Part shown: piece by piece, positions 12,869-26,299 of the stretch
Numbering within the stretch: position 1 is the stretch's first letter
How the letters are laid out: the number at the start of each line of letters is the position of its first letter
Source of the DNA: Octopus sinensis
Lineage: Eukaryota
DNA: 64,000 bases
Direction: 5' to 3'
Assembly (NCBI RefSeq): GCF_006345805.1
Contig: NC_043010.1
Span: 45,260,001 to 45,324,000 of the forward strand
Notes under the pieces: model-generated
Told to the model about the DNA's origin: nothing
The model's input: only the letters and a program-made list of their open reading frames with translations
Databases searched by the model: none
Made by a program: the position numbers and the translations under genes

Positions 12869-13562
12869 AACAGTAAAATTAATACAAGACATGGACAGAA
12901 CATGAAAACCACAAGACGACACAGAACCACAGGAGGGACATTCAAGCCCTCATTCATCAGTCAAGAACAGATCATCTTAGCAATTTCGCTGATTAACTTG
13001 AGTTGCTCCCGATATGCCAGCCAGCAAGGGAAATCTATTAAGCCAAGCGCATTGATCCCCTGGACAAAGCTTCGAATGTATACAACGAAAGGACGGAAAC
13101 GTCGAAGTACACAAACAAAAAACAGAATACGTGACACAATAAGAATACAACAACGTAAAAAACATAACGGTAAAAATAAAAATAAACAACAAAACAAACC
13201 AAGACTAGGACAAGGTTTTTCGACAGGACGATTTGAGTAGGGGCATGGCTTTGAAGTTGTGCCTAAAGGCCCCGGGAGACGAACAAATCCGTGTTGCTTC
13301 TGGGCTGCTGAAAACGAAAACGCTTCAACAGCGGCTAGCTGTCACGTGAGAACAAAAGACAGGAGAAAGGGACGATGAAAAGGGAAGAAGGTGGACGAGG
13401 GAGGAGAAGACCGAGAGAGACGATCGAGGGGGCTGGAGGTTGAGAAGATAGAGAAACGTCAGAAAATGTGGGAACGAGGAGAGGGAAAGAACGGAAGTGG
13501 AATAAGGGAGGAGGGAGAGAGAGAAAAAGAGACAGATTAAGGTCGTATCAAAGCTTGAGAAA

Positions 13563-13595
<33 letters not shown>

Positions 13596-13750
13596 CTACG
13601 GGGCTTTTTTTCAGTTTCTCTTACCAAATCCATTTACAAAGCTTTGTCGGCCTGAAGCCATAGTAGAAGACACTGCCAAGTACTACGCCGTGGGACTGAA
13701 CCCAGAACTATGTGGTTGGAAGCAAGCTTCTTACCACATTGTCACGCCCG
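12275..13750 (-). mobile_element. SINE family B split by about 1.1 kb of inserted sequence
   Basis: SINE 3' half at 12275-12435 and 5' half at about 13590-13750, same orientation. Confidence 0.65.
12641..12836. repeat. 65-bp inverted repeat with 66-bp spacer
   Basis: 12641-12705 is the reverse complement of 12772-12836 with 1 mismatch. Confidence 0.95.
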
Positions 13751-14376
13751 AGAAGAAAATTTGCTACGTCAACGGCAGCTCACGGACTTTCTTATCCCTA
13801 AGTTGTTCGACAAAAATGTGTCGAAATTATTGTCAGTAATGTGAATTCTGATTAAATACAAGCCCAGCAATTTTGAGAGAATTTTAAGCGCTGCTTAAGT
13901 GGAAGATTATTTTATCAACCCCGGAAGGATGAGAAGGGATGGGTTACTATTCATATATATTTAAACGGTGCCTACATAATTTGGTCACCGATTCTGTGGG
14001 TTCACATTCATACTCATACTCATGAGTTCTCTTAACTTCTTATAGAATCCTTTATTAGTAACTCAGAAATGCTGATTTTTCTCAGAAATATAATACAAAA
14101 GACTAACTCTGTCCTGTATGATTCATTCAGTCACTGGACCAGTGAAAATACGTTCAAAGAAAATTCTTATATGATCTATTTAAAAACGCTTTAGGAACTT
14201 AAACATTTGTGTAGATAGAAAAGACACACTCGTACATATGAACAAAAGTGGTTGGCATCATCAAAAAGCCTCAACACTTTTTTACCGATTGATTTTTTTT
14301 TATATGTAGCAGTTGTTTTAGTCAAAGCTCAGCACTTATCGAGCAGACAGCATTTCAGATGGAACTACTCCCGTTT

Positions 14377-14469
<93 letters not shown>

Positions 14470-14576
14470 CTCCTTTTATTTCTTTTAAGTAAAATGCATC
14501 CAAGACGTGTTATTAAGACTAGTTTATCAATATCTTCTTTTCAAGATGGTCGAGTACCATTTGATACAAAGAAAGT

Positions 14577-14624
<48 letters not shown>

Positions 14625-14689
14625 GAAGTCAACTCTGATTTTATTATGGTACTTTATCAGTTCAGTTCACAATACTGCCAGAATTTTAT

Positions 14690-14870
14690 AGGGGCAAGAG
14701 TGGCTGAGTGGTAGTCCCCGTAACTTAGCGGTTCGGCAAAAGGCACTGATAGAATAAGTACTAGGCTTACGAAGAATAAGTCCTGGAGACGATTTCTTCG
14801 ACTAAAACCCCTTATGGTGCTGCTTCAGCATGGCCGCAGTCAGCTGACTGAAACAAGTAAAAGAATAAAA
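14690..14870 (+). mobile_element. SINE family B, internally deleted
   Basis: Head gagtggctgagtggta fused directly to gtccccgtaacttagcggttcgg. Confidence 0.8.
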
Positions 14871-14895
14871 TAATATATATATATATATTTATATA

Positions 14896-16150
14896 TTGGG
14901 TCGGCAACTAAGTTCCCCCCGTTTTTTAAATTTTGGAATCTATTTTTTTCGGAAATTCTATTTTTGAATCATTTTGGAATCTTTTTTTTTTCTAGTTAAT
15001 TTTAGTTAATTTTTGTTCATTTCCAGATAATTAAAATGGAATGTTAAGTTAAGAAAAATGAGCATTTTCGACACCTCCTTCATTTTGCTTTTAATCAAGG
15101 TTCTAAGGCCGCAAAAGCTGCTCGCGACAGCGACATTTGTGTTGTGTATGGAGAGAGTGCTATAGCTGAAAGAACCGCTCGTGATTCGTATGCCAAGTTC
15201 AAAAATGGAAATTTTGACCTCAAAGACGCGCCTCGTTCAGGACGTCCAGTTGAATTCGATGAAGAGCGATTAAACCAACTTTTGCACAAAAATTCTCGTC
15301 AAACGACAAGGGAACTGGCAGAGAAAATTGAATGCTCCCGCACTGCTATAGAGAAGCATCTTCACTCGATGGGAAAAGTTCAGAAGCATGGGTTTCGCAT
15401 GCTTTAAGTGACAACAACAAAAATCAACGAGCCACAATCTCCGCTGATTTGCTTGCTCGTCACCGCACAACTCACGAACACAAGCAACGATTACTTTACC
15501 GAATCGCTACTGGCGACGAAAAATGGTGCCTGTATATCAATATGAAGCAGCGTAAGGAATGGCTTAGCCCCGGTAAACAAGCGACATCACGCGTGAATCA
15601 AGATCTTCATTCACGTAAAACGATGTTGTGCCTATGGTGGGACTGGGAAGGGATTATCCATTGCGAATTGCTTGAACGGAACCAAACGGTCAACGCGGAA
15701 CTCTGTTTAACAGATGGAACGACTCAATACGGCTATTCAAGAGAAGACCTAATCGGCAGCATGGCGTTCTACTACACGACAACGCCCGATTTCATATCGC
15801 TAATATGACCAAGGAAGGCATTCAAACGCATGGCTGGGAAGTGCTGCCACACCCGCCATACTCTCCTGATTTGGTACCAACAGATTTCCACCTCTTTCGA
15901 TCTCTTTCAAATGTTATGCGCGGAGTTTCGTTCAATACTGATGCAGAATTGAGAGCTTGGTTAGATCAATTTTTCGAGTCGAAATCGGGTGATTTCTACC
16001 AATGAGGTATTGGAAATCTTGTTGAACGTTGGGAAGAAGTTCTAAACAACAAGAGTGAATGCATTATTGAGTAATTAGTTGTTATTTTTTATTAAACCTT
16101 TTAAAACATTTCAATTTAAAAAAACAGCGGGAACTTAGTTCCCAACCCAA
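14896..16150 (+). mobile_element. Full-length mariner (DD34D) transposon, decayed
   Basis: TIRs of about 37 bp (ttgggtcggcaactaagttcc... / ...ggaacttagttcccaacccaa), TA on both flanks, 1255 bp. Confidence 0.97.
15036..16074 (+). pseudogene. Mariner transposase pseudogene
   Basis: MEC*VKKNEHFRHLL..., RSGRP, WVSHAL, TGDEKW, HDNAR, HPPYSPDLVPTDFHLF; several frameshifts and stops. Confidence 0.95.
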
Positions 16151-16164
16151 TATATATATAATAC

Positions 16165-16370
16165 TGGAGTGAACGAGGAAGGCTCTACAGAGTTGCTTTA
16201 CTTGCTTGAAAGAACTGCAAAATCTCGCACATAAAACACTGTACTAACTGCTTTAGAAAAAGGACACATCAAATATCCTACGACTGATAATAAAGATGGA
16301 ATGGTCATGACTGGAATGCCTTTGATCATAAATCTACTAGATTAACGTTGATCTGTAGCTATATTAACAT
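16165..16370 (+). repeat. Old dispersed repeat family D (SINE-like 3' part)
   Basis: atggtcatgactggaatgcctttgatcat motif; related copies at about 16715-16910, 18510-18700 and 50625-50795. Confidence 0.6.
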
Positions 16371-16439
16371 CCAAATATTAATATAAGTGAAAAATATATA
16401 CAAACCATAAGTATACTATATCTTAAATATTACATACTT

Positions 16440-16652
16440 ATTTCTTTATTGCCCACGGGGAGCATAGAGGAGACAAACAAGGACAAAGGGATTAAGTCGA
16501 TTACATTGACCCCAGTGCATAACTGGTATTTATTTAGTCAACCCCGAAAGAATGAAAGGCAAAATCGACCGCGGCGGAATTTGAACTCAGACGTAACGGC
16601 AGACGAAATACTGCTAAGCGTTTCATCCGGCGTGCTAACGATTCTGCCAGCT
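16440..16652 (-). mobile_element. SINE family A, Tx1-type tail
   Basis: tatttctttattgcccac tail; approximate TSD aatattacata. Confidence 0.8.
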
Positions 16653-17924
16653 AATATTACATATTATACGAATATATAATGATACGAGTATACACATATA
16701 AGACACAATATTGGCAGTGTTCACGGGTCGTTCAACTAATTAGAAATAGTTATTAAATTTCCTCATATACCATACCTTCAGTGTTAAAATAAAAGGGAAG
16801 AGAAACAATGGAAATTGTAGTCATAGATAGCCCTAAAGAGATGTGATGGCCAAGGGTGGAAAGTCCTTAACCATGGACCCGCTTAGTTTGGGCTGACCTG
16901 GAACCAACAACGTCAGGGCACATGTGCATGTGTAAATATTATACATTAATGTATATGTGTATGTATTAAAGTAAGTCTATATGGAAGAACATTATATGTG
17001 TTTAAGTATAACCAAAACTGTTGTCTAAATAACAATGTTGTAAAAAGTCAAGAGTAAAAAAGAATAGTGGCCAAATGAGTCATAATGAGATATATTTACA
17101 GAGATAAAGAAGGGAAAAATGTATATGGAAGATTATAACATGATTTGAACAATCTCCAGTCGAAATGCTAGGCATTAGTTAATGAACACGACTAAAACAA
17201 AGATAAGGAAAAGAAATACTAATTTTTTTTCCCCAAACATCAACATTAATCATATTATTCTTCGAAGTATGTTATGAAGAAATTTATGAAGAAATTTAGC
17301 AAATCATATAGACGTTTAATCAATCATTCAATCAATATTGAGCCTGTAAAAAGAAGTTGATGGTGAGGCAAAAATAGCAGTATTGCAAACAGTATTTAGT
17401 TCTTGTTCCTATATCCAATGCTTTCTGAGTTCAAATCCCACTGGGGTCGACTTTGCCTTTTATCCTTTCGTAGTCGATAAAATAAACATCAAGCATGAGC
17501 GGATGTAATCGATTATAGCATGGGCCTTATATCAATTTCAGAAATTAATATATATTTTGAGTTACCAAAAACTTTGGAGCACCAGAATAAACGCCTTTCA
17601 GTTTTGTTATGTAAACTGAGTTCAAGTCACACTTGGGTCAACTTCACTTTTCATTTCCCCGGAGTTAATAAAATACATATCCTGGAAGCAATTCCATCAT
17701 CTATCTGTTTCTCCTATATAAATTAACATAACTCTAACAAGAAGAAATCAAAATACTAAATTGTGTCAATTATTTGTACATTTCTAATAAAATACCATAC
17801 TTCCCTTCACATAACTGAAGTTTCCATGCCAATCTTTTCAATAGCATCGTTCTACCTACGATCTTATGTACAAGTAAGGTGTAGGTTACTAGGAAGAAAG
17901 AACAGCGACTGGCTTCGACACAGG

Positions 17925-18210
17925 TCTGTGGAAAGATCTAAACATGGAATATCACCTCGGGGGCATATCCGGAAAGAAGTACATCGAGATCAGAATAAAG
18001 TGAACGATGTGGACGTAGAATACTGAAAGTACATGTTATACTATTCTGTCGGACATGTCGCAAGGGTCACAAGCTCCAGGTGGGTCTGAGCAGTTGTCGA
18101 CTAGTACCCAAAAGATCAGAAGACCTCCAAAATGATGGGAAGACGACGTATTCAAAAGTTCAGATCCAAACGGAAGAAACAGGTTCAATCAAGGGATGAA
18201 TGGAGGCGCA
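17925..18210 (+). pseudogene. RTE-clade LINE 3' fragment
   Basis: Translation ERSKHGISPRGHIRKE...VGHVAR...RW...YP...QSRDEW resembles the RTE C-terminal W-GHVAR region. Confidence 0.6.
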
Positions 18211-19350
18211 CTATGACCAGCTATGTATTAGGATATCTGATAATCTAGAAAAATCTAGTAAAAACAAATGAATAAAAATTTGACCAGGCCTTTATTTTGT
18301 CCGTCTCATTGAAGAGATAAACTACGCGAGTTGAGTTCGTTATTTGATTCCAATATCGGTTCGAAAGTCGTTTTAATTCAGACAAATTTCGTAGGGAAAT
18401 ACATATATATTACAACCTAAAATACTGGGTTGGCTGCATAGTCACAACAGCTACATTGTGTTCCATACCTGCTTCTTACGATGGAGAGTTGTACTCTTTT
18501 TTTGTCCACAAGCAAACTGTAGAACTTTTGCTAGAAATAGTAGTCAAATCCTTCTCAGATTTCACCCTCCGGCTTTAAAAGGGGGAAGGACACATTATAT
18601 AATACAATCCTAGATACTCCTAAAAAGATGAGATAACCACGACCAGAATACATTTAATTATAGATGTGCACGATCAGAGTTGGCCTGGAGTTAACAACGA
18701 AAACATCCAGTTGAATAGTTATTTACAGTTATTTTCACGCAAAAGTACTTTCTCAGTCATTGAAAGATCTGTTGAATAAGACAATACTTCGCTGCTGATT
18801 TTGTAATAAGGCAAAAACCTAACCATAGTTGTCACCGTACTTCCAAACAAGAGACTCACTCCATACTACATGACGGAGTTTCAGAGTTATCTCCCATCCC
18901 TTTCTTAACAAGATTTATTTAAACTGTGGGTTTTCTCTTCATTGCCAGTGAAATTGAAACTAATTGAAAAATAAAAATTGAGAACTCACTACATGAAATA
19001 TTTGTTCTTCATGCATAAAACGTCCTTTGGGAATTATCTGCAGGTTAGTTGACTCAGCAACAGTTAATTAAACTTGGCCAACTTTTGGTAACGGAATACG
19101 AGCCACTGATTCTTCAGTCAGCCGTCCAACAGTCTATCGACTCGGCTGACAGCAACAGTACTGCCCAATGAAATTAGAAAACACATTGATCAGATCTTTA
19201 CCTATTACCATGTCTCTCTGTATGATGGCTCGTCACGTGATTTCTATATGCAAAAAGATAGATAAAAGAGAGAGACAGAGACAGAGAGAGCCAAAGTAAA
19301 TAGAGATAAGCAAAAGTAGTGGTGATGATGATGATGCTAACAGCTACAAG

Positions 19351-19478
<128 letters not shown>

Positions 19479-19997
19479 GAATGAATGAATATAAAATATA
19501 AACGAAAGAAATAAAATAAATACATGAATAACTGAATAACATAATGAAATAACGAAATGAACACATAAATAAATAAAATATCAATAATGAAAAGGTTTCG
19601 GAATTTATATTATTCCGATGACTAACTCAAGTGGACTGTGGTGTATTTGGCGTGTCGGAGAGAACGAACATACACCATTCAGTCAGAAACATAATATGGT
19701 ATGCAAAATGAACTATTGATTGCACTGCCAAATCTTACCAGTATTTTCATGTGCATATTTTTACTTTTACCAACGTAAATAGACCGATGATATAGCTTTG
19801 ATGTGAGAGCCCTTGGACGTAGACAACTCATGTGAATTCTTATGGGTCGTATAGGGTTGCAGACTTGACCCAGTGAAAATAAAAATCAGGCTCCTCGGGA
19901 CGTACGTATTTAGCAGTCAGCTAAGAAAAAGGTATCATATGTGATTTTAAAAAGATCCAATCTATTTATTTCTCGTTCTATCTGCCCCTCGTTCCAC

Positions 19998-20080
<83 letters not shown>

Positions 20081-20219
20081 CATACATATCTGCTTGTCAA
20101 TTTATCTGTCAATCAATCCATCCATCCATCCATCAACCTACATACCTATCTATCTGCGTATCTGTCAACCAAATTCCATTGCCCCCCCTCTCTCTGTCCG
20201 TGTGTATATATATATATCG

Positions 20220-20445
20220 TGGCACTCCGTCGGTTACGACGACGAGGGTTCCAGTTGATCAAATCAACGGAACAGCCTGCTCGTGAAATTAACTTGCAAG
20301 TGGCTGAGCACTACACAGACACGTGTACCCAAAACGTAGTTCTCGGTGATATTCAGCGTGACACAGAGTGTGACATGGCTGGCCCTTTGAAATACAGGTA
20401 CAACAGAAACAGGAAGAAAGAGTGAGAGAAAGTTGTGGTGAAAGA
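20220..20445 (-). mobile_element. SINE family C, 5'-truncated
   Basis: Reverse complement of about 27222-27446. Confidence 0.85.
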
Positions 20446-20523
20446 CCACACAATATGTGTATGTGGGTGTATATATCTATATATATAAAACTGAGAATGT
20501 ATGTATATATATATATATACATG

Positions 20524-20563
<40 letters not shown>

Positions 20564-20758
20564 ATATTATATATTATATATATATACATACATGTGTATA
20601 TATATACATGTATATGTATACATGTATATGTATACATGTATATGTATACATGTATATATAGATGTACATGTAATATATACACATATATATACACATATAT
20701 ACGTGCATATATATATACACCCATACACACACATCCACCCACACATACATACATACAT

Positions 20759-20965
20759 AGGTGCAGGTTTGGCTGTGTGGTAACAAACTTGGTTCCAAAA
20801 CATATGGTCCTCAGTTCAGTCCCACTGTGTGGTAACTTGGCATGTGTCTTTGTGTTTCTCCCTCATCACTGCTTCACAACTGCTGTTCGTTTATTTACAT
20901 CCCCATAACTTACTGGTTTCACAAGAAGAAACTGATACAATAAGTACCAGGCTTATCAAAATATA
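20759..20965 (+). mobile_element. SINE family B, diverged and deleted
   Basis: ggctgtgtggtaa...gttcagtcccactgtgtgg head. Confidence 0.65.
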
Positions 20966-21049
20966 AAAAAGCACTACGCAGTGTCTCAAATTTTTGTTTG
21001 CCCACTCAGTCGTATCTACCAATTTGTCTTTGTGTGTGTGTGTGTGTGT

Positions 21050-21166
<117 letters not shown>

Positions 21167-21236
21167 ATTTCGTAGACAGGAACTGAAACAAACCAATCGT
21201 ATATATATGTATGTATATACGCAAGTGTATGTCTTT

Positions 21237-22078
21237 TGTTATTGGCAACATGAATGACAATGGTCAGAGACTACTTGAATTTTGCACATACCATAATCCG
21301 TGCATCACCAACACACTCTTTGCCAACAAGACATCCCACAAGGCATCTTGGAGACATCCAAGATCTCACCACTAGCATCAGCTGGATCTCATCATTAAAC
21401 AAAGATCCTTTTTGAATTCTGTTCAACTGACCCGTAGTCACCACAGTGCGGATTGTGACATGCATCATTCACTAATAAGAAGCAGAGTGAGGATTCTACC
21501 TAAAAAAGTCCATCACTCCAAGAAAATGGGCCGATTACGCATTAACACTGCCAGAACCTCGGACCCTACACTGCGAAAATGTTTTGCTGTTTCTATCAAG
21601 GTTGCCCTCAGTAGCTGCCCAACCTCCTGCTGAAAGTAGGTGGAATTATATCAGGGAAGCTTTGTATACCACATCAGTAGATACTTTCGGCATGAGAGAA
21701 AGGCAAAACCCAGACTGGTTCAGTGCTGGGCTCTCAGAGCTGGAAACAGTTATCGAAGCAAAGCGTGCAGCTCTGATGCAATACAAGAGTGATTCTTCTA
21801 CAAAGTCACTCAAAGAACTCAGAAAGGCAAGAAATAAAATCCAACTGACTGCCAGACGCTGTGCAAATAGGTATTGGTAGGAAATCTGTCAGATTATTCA
21901 GTCAGCTGCTGACAGTGGCGACACCCATGGGATGTATGCCGGTTTGAAGAAGGCCCTCGGTCCATCCGCAACCAACTCAGCCCCTCTGAAATCAACTACT
22001 GGAGATCTCAAGGACCAAAGCAGGCAAATGGATAGATGGGTGGAGTACTACCAGGATCTTTACTCACGGGAGACCACG
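21237..22078 (+). pseudogene. RTE LINE fragment (APE C-terminal half + linker)
   Basis: GNMNDNGQRLLEFC...ITNT...SWRHPRS..HQLDLII...SADCD.HHSL; RQNPDWF; ARRCANRYW; stops and frameshifts. Confidence 0.9.
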
Positions 22079-22239
22079 GGTCTTATTTTTCGTCCTTTAG
22101 AGGGATCCAACAAGATTGGTGGTGTTGCCAGTTTGCTCACCAACGATCCGACCACGCATCAGGTTGTACTGGGTTATATGTTACCAGTAGCACTCAAAAG
22201 AAATTTAAAGAAAAATGCCACGATCAAAAATAAAATGAA

Positions 22240-22545
22240 TCCCTTTTTTGTGTGCAGTTCGTGACAGACTATACCTTTCTTTTGCTGGACTCAAATCTCA
22301 TTTGTGGACCCATGAAATCGAACCTCCACCAAATACTCTGCCTATCTGTGCATACTTGTCAATGCCATTGTATGCCATAAGGTCTGCAAATCTAACGGAG
22401 GCCTCAAAAGACATTTTAAAATCCACAAAAATCAGAAATTAACTGCAACTCTTGGTAGTCCAAAGCGGATATACAATTTATGTGGGAGTCTTTAAACGTT
22501 GTATTGTTTAAAAAGCCACATCAGACGCCATGATAGATCTAAGGA
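22240..22545 (+). pseudogene. Three decayed C2H2 zinc fingers, probably a LINE C-terminus
   Basis: FVCSS.DRLYLSFAGLKSHLWTH; CHKVCKSNGGLKRHFKIH; LCGSL*TLYCLKSHIRRH. Confidence 0.7.
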
Positions 22546-23099
22546 ATAAGTACAAGAGGTAATCAGTCTCTGCATAACGAGTAGACAACCACCATGTGTG
22601 CGTGTGCGTGTGCGTGTGTGTATGTGTGTGTACGTGTGTGTGTGTGTATACATACACGTCATACATCATAATGGTGGGAAGCTTATCCTCGTTGTTGACG
22701 TCATAGTAGTTGTACTGGTATAAGTTGTCGCGATGAAAAAATAAAGAAAAAAGACGGAAAATAGTTATAAAGAAAAGGGAAAGCTTTCACAATGTGATTG
22801 TCTTATAGAAATAATCAAGTTTTACAATTGCACCGAAACTAACTGCTGAATTGCCCGTTGACTTGCAAGATTAACTGAAACTTTGCAAATGTTAAAATGT
22901 TAAGCCGTAAAATATGTTTAACAGTACAATCAATTTTATTAAGTTTCTAATACTGAGTTCAGAAGCAGTTAAGAACAGGACGAGCATATTACAAAGAAGC
23001 AACGTTAGGCGTGAGACAATTATTTATCGCTCATTGCTCTTAACAAATTGATTATCAACTCTTGATTAAAGGAACATCTTAGCGAGTAGCCCCAGCATC

Positions 23100-23554
23100 G
23101 GATCTTTTCGGTTTGACCGGCAGTTTTTTCAAATAATTTCCACGTAACTAAACACTTTTTAACTTCGTATACTGGTAGAATGTATTTATAAAACATGTTT
23201 ATAAAACATCTTGGCTTTATTGAGAAAATTCTATAGTTTGTAAGATATTTGTTGTTTTTTCTTCTTCAATTTCTGAAATTTCAACCAATCAATGACGTCT
23301 ATTGAGGTGAAAACATTTTGTGCCGTATGAATATGTCCCCCGTTTAAGAAACAAATTGGGTTTATTTACATTTCTGAAGAAAAAAGTAAGCTTTCCCCCT
23401 ACACCCTAACCCTAACTAACCCTAACTAACGCTAACTCTAACCCTAACCCTAAAACAGATTGAAATGCAATAGATCGATCCTAGGGTCATAATTATGGGT
23501 GACAATTTCATATGACACCGCTAGAAAAAACTGCCGTTCAAGCCGAAAAGATCC
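23100..23554. mobile_element. MITE, Merlin-like (GG termini, ~8-bp TSD)
   Basis: TIRs of about 29 bp, ggatcttttcggtttga(a/c)cggcagttttt; flanks ccagcatc and ccaatatc; inverted second copy at 49747-50168. Confidence 0.85.
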
Positions 23555-23599
23555 CCAATATCTTATTGTGCCTTTCTTCAAAAATCAACTGAACCCAGG

Positions 23600-23808
23600 T
23601 TAACCCAGGTTAGCCCTGTCGAAATTTTGAAGATAGTTATATAAATAGGGACAACAAACATATGGAAGCGTCCAGTTAACCTTTATTGCAGTAAATAAAT
23701 CAAATACAATGGTTAAATGAATACAACAAGCACTATTTTGCGTCTAGTTAACCTTTATCGCAGTAAACAAACCAAATACAACTGTCCTCAAACGAGGACA
23801 GTGGGTTA
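23600..23808. mobile_element. Possible piggyBac-like non-autonomous element
   Basis: ttaaccc...gggttaa ends; internal ~42-bp direct repeat; subterminal hairpin actgtcctc-aaac-gaggacagt. Confidence 0.35.
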
Positions 23809-23924
23809 AAATCAATTTAATGTCGCTGCCTCATAGCAGGTTAAAGGGAATTAGTGTGAATGCTAGAAAGGGACAGAAGGGTGCAAATATTGATTTTCCT
23901 GAATTTGCAAAAGAAAAATTCTTA

Positions 23925-24430
23925 CTATTCTTTTACTTGTTTCAGTCATTAAATTGCGACCATGCTGGGGCACTGCCTTGAAGAATTTTTAGTCGAAAAA
24001 TCGACACCAGTACTTATTCTACAGGGCTCTTTTGCCGAACTGCTAGGTTACGACGACATAAACACACCACACACGTTCTCAAGTGTTAGTGGGGGGGGTC
24101 AAACACAGACACAAATACATACACAAACATACATACATACATACATACATACATACATACATACACACACACGCACACACATTATTCTATCGATTTCTTT
24201 TTGCTGAACCGTTAAGTTACGGGGATGTAAATACACGATAACTGGTTGTCAAGCAGTGGGGGGGGGGACAAACACAGACATAAAGACACACACATACACA
24301 TATACGACGGGCGTCTTTCAGTTTTCGTCTGCCAAATTCACTCACAAGGCTTTGGTCGGTGCCATGCAGTGGGACTGAACCCGGAACTATGTGGTTGGGA
24401 GGTAAACTTCTTACCACACAGCCACGCCTG
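23925..24430 (-). mobile_element. Two nested or partial SINE family B copies
   Basis: Duplicated gaac(t/c)g(c/t)ta(g/a)gttacg...aaacacagac segment. Confidence 0.75.
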
Positions 24431-25698
24431 TAAAAGTAATTTTGATTGAATCGACCCACCCATTGTCCTGTACTTAATTTATCGACCCAGTGAATGCCTT
24501 AGTACTTGATTTATCAATACCGGTTGAATGAATGACAATGAAGGCTCGATGCTACCGCAAATATTGACAATGCAATGGCTGGCGTGCGCCGAAGATCGGT
24601 GAACACAAAATTACGCCTTGGTCATAATTTCCAGTTGCATAACACCCTAATGTCACATCTTGATTCCTTCTCGACTCTTAAGAACAGGGATTGTGTAGGT
24701 AACCAAAAGAAACCTACGTTAGTGTTATGTCGACAATGAGTATTATCAGAGATCCTGGAAAAGTATTTTGGTTAATATAGAATATCGTGCAAATATATGT
24801 ATCATTTTCAGCATCAATAATCCTTTAAAATTCAATACATACAGCTTTTATAAATTTCTAAAGCTGAAAGAAAACAGCTGATTTGGTCTCCCACATAGTA
24901 ACGCATTTATAACATTTATTATTCTAATTACGTTGAATTCGAATATCATTCAACTGGAATTGTAACCATGTTAGAGTTTCACATAGCAACTGAGAAAAAT
25001 TGTGGGGGATCTGAGCGTAGTATGTATCAGATGAGTTTAATATATTATGTAAAGTAAACCTGCTTCGAGACAAACAAATTCATAATCTTGACGCCGTCTG
25101 TTAAATGTAGATTTGCTTTCACCGCAGTGCATCGAGTTGTAGGTCTTATAATAACATAGCGTCTTTCAAGTATAATGACAAATGTATATGTAATTACGGT
25201 ATTTATTAGTTTAATTCATATCAACGACTTCACTTTTCAGCGTGCACCTATATACTGTTGTGTGTGTGTGTGTGCGCGCGCGCGCGTGTACGTACTGGTT
25301 GTACGTATAAATAAATACAGCTAAAACTCACAATACATACGGCTTTCAAGTTACAGTTGGCAACCATCTTACCTAGGTTGTATATAGTAAAATTATTGGA
25401 AAATTAGTACAATAGATTATATCAATATTATAATTGAATTCATTGTTGTGTACAAGGTCATTGTCTTCTATTGACGGTTAAGTTGAATATGAAAATAAAA
25501 AAGATATAGAAGCTTTTATAACTCTCCCACTATAGCTCATATCTAATCTATGCCAGACTGACTGGCTGTCTGACTGTCAGACTGTTCGTCCGTTCGACTG
25601 CCAATTGCATTTCACTCTTTGCCTGACCTCTCTTCAAGCCTAATAATACATTTCCTCTCCCCACTTTTTCGATCTCTCCCTCTCTCATCCTCACTCTC

Positions 25699-25774
<76 letters not shown>

Positions 25775-26134
25775 TTCATATATATGCATATGTATATACT
25801 AATATAAATATTATATATATGCATATATATATATATATTAAAATAAATATTACATATATATATATCATCCTCCTTTACTCTCTCTCTCTCTCTCGTTGCT
25901 CATACGTGACCTTCGTCCATCTTTCCTATTCTCACGTGATCGTCTTGCTTTTTATTCAGTCTGTCGCGCAGTCCGGGCGCATTCTTATCTGTCTCCTCTC
26001 CTATCTTTTCTCTTATCAAAGAATCTTCCTCCAGCGTTTGCTACCTTACCCCATCTTCGTTTCGTTTCGTTTCGTTTGTTGTATGCCTTGTTTATGTTTC
26101 CTGTCTTGTACCCATATATGCGTACCTATATACT

Positions 26135-26168
<34 letters not shown>

Positions 26169-26178
26169 TGTATGTATG

Positions 26179-26242
<64 letters not shown>

Positions 26243-26299
26243 TACTATTTATATGTATACTATTTATATTATATTTGATTGAACGCCACGCATCCATTT

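Noticed and set aside
23403-23453. True telomere or chromosome fusion scar
   Set aside because: Short, degenerate and internal to a multicopy MITE
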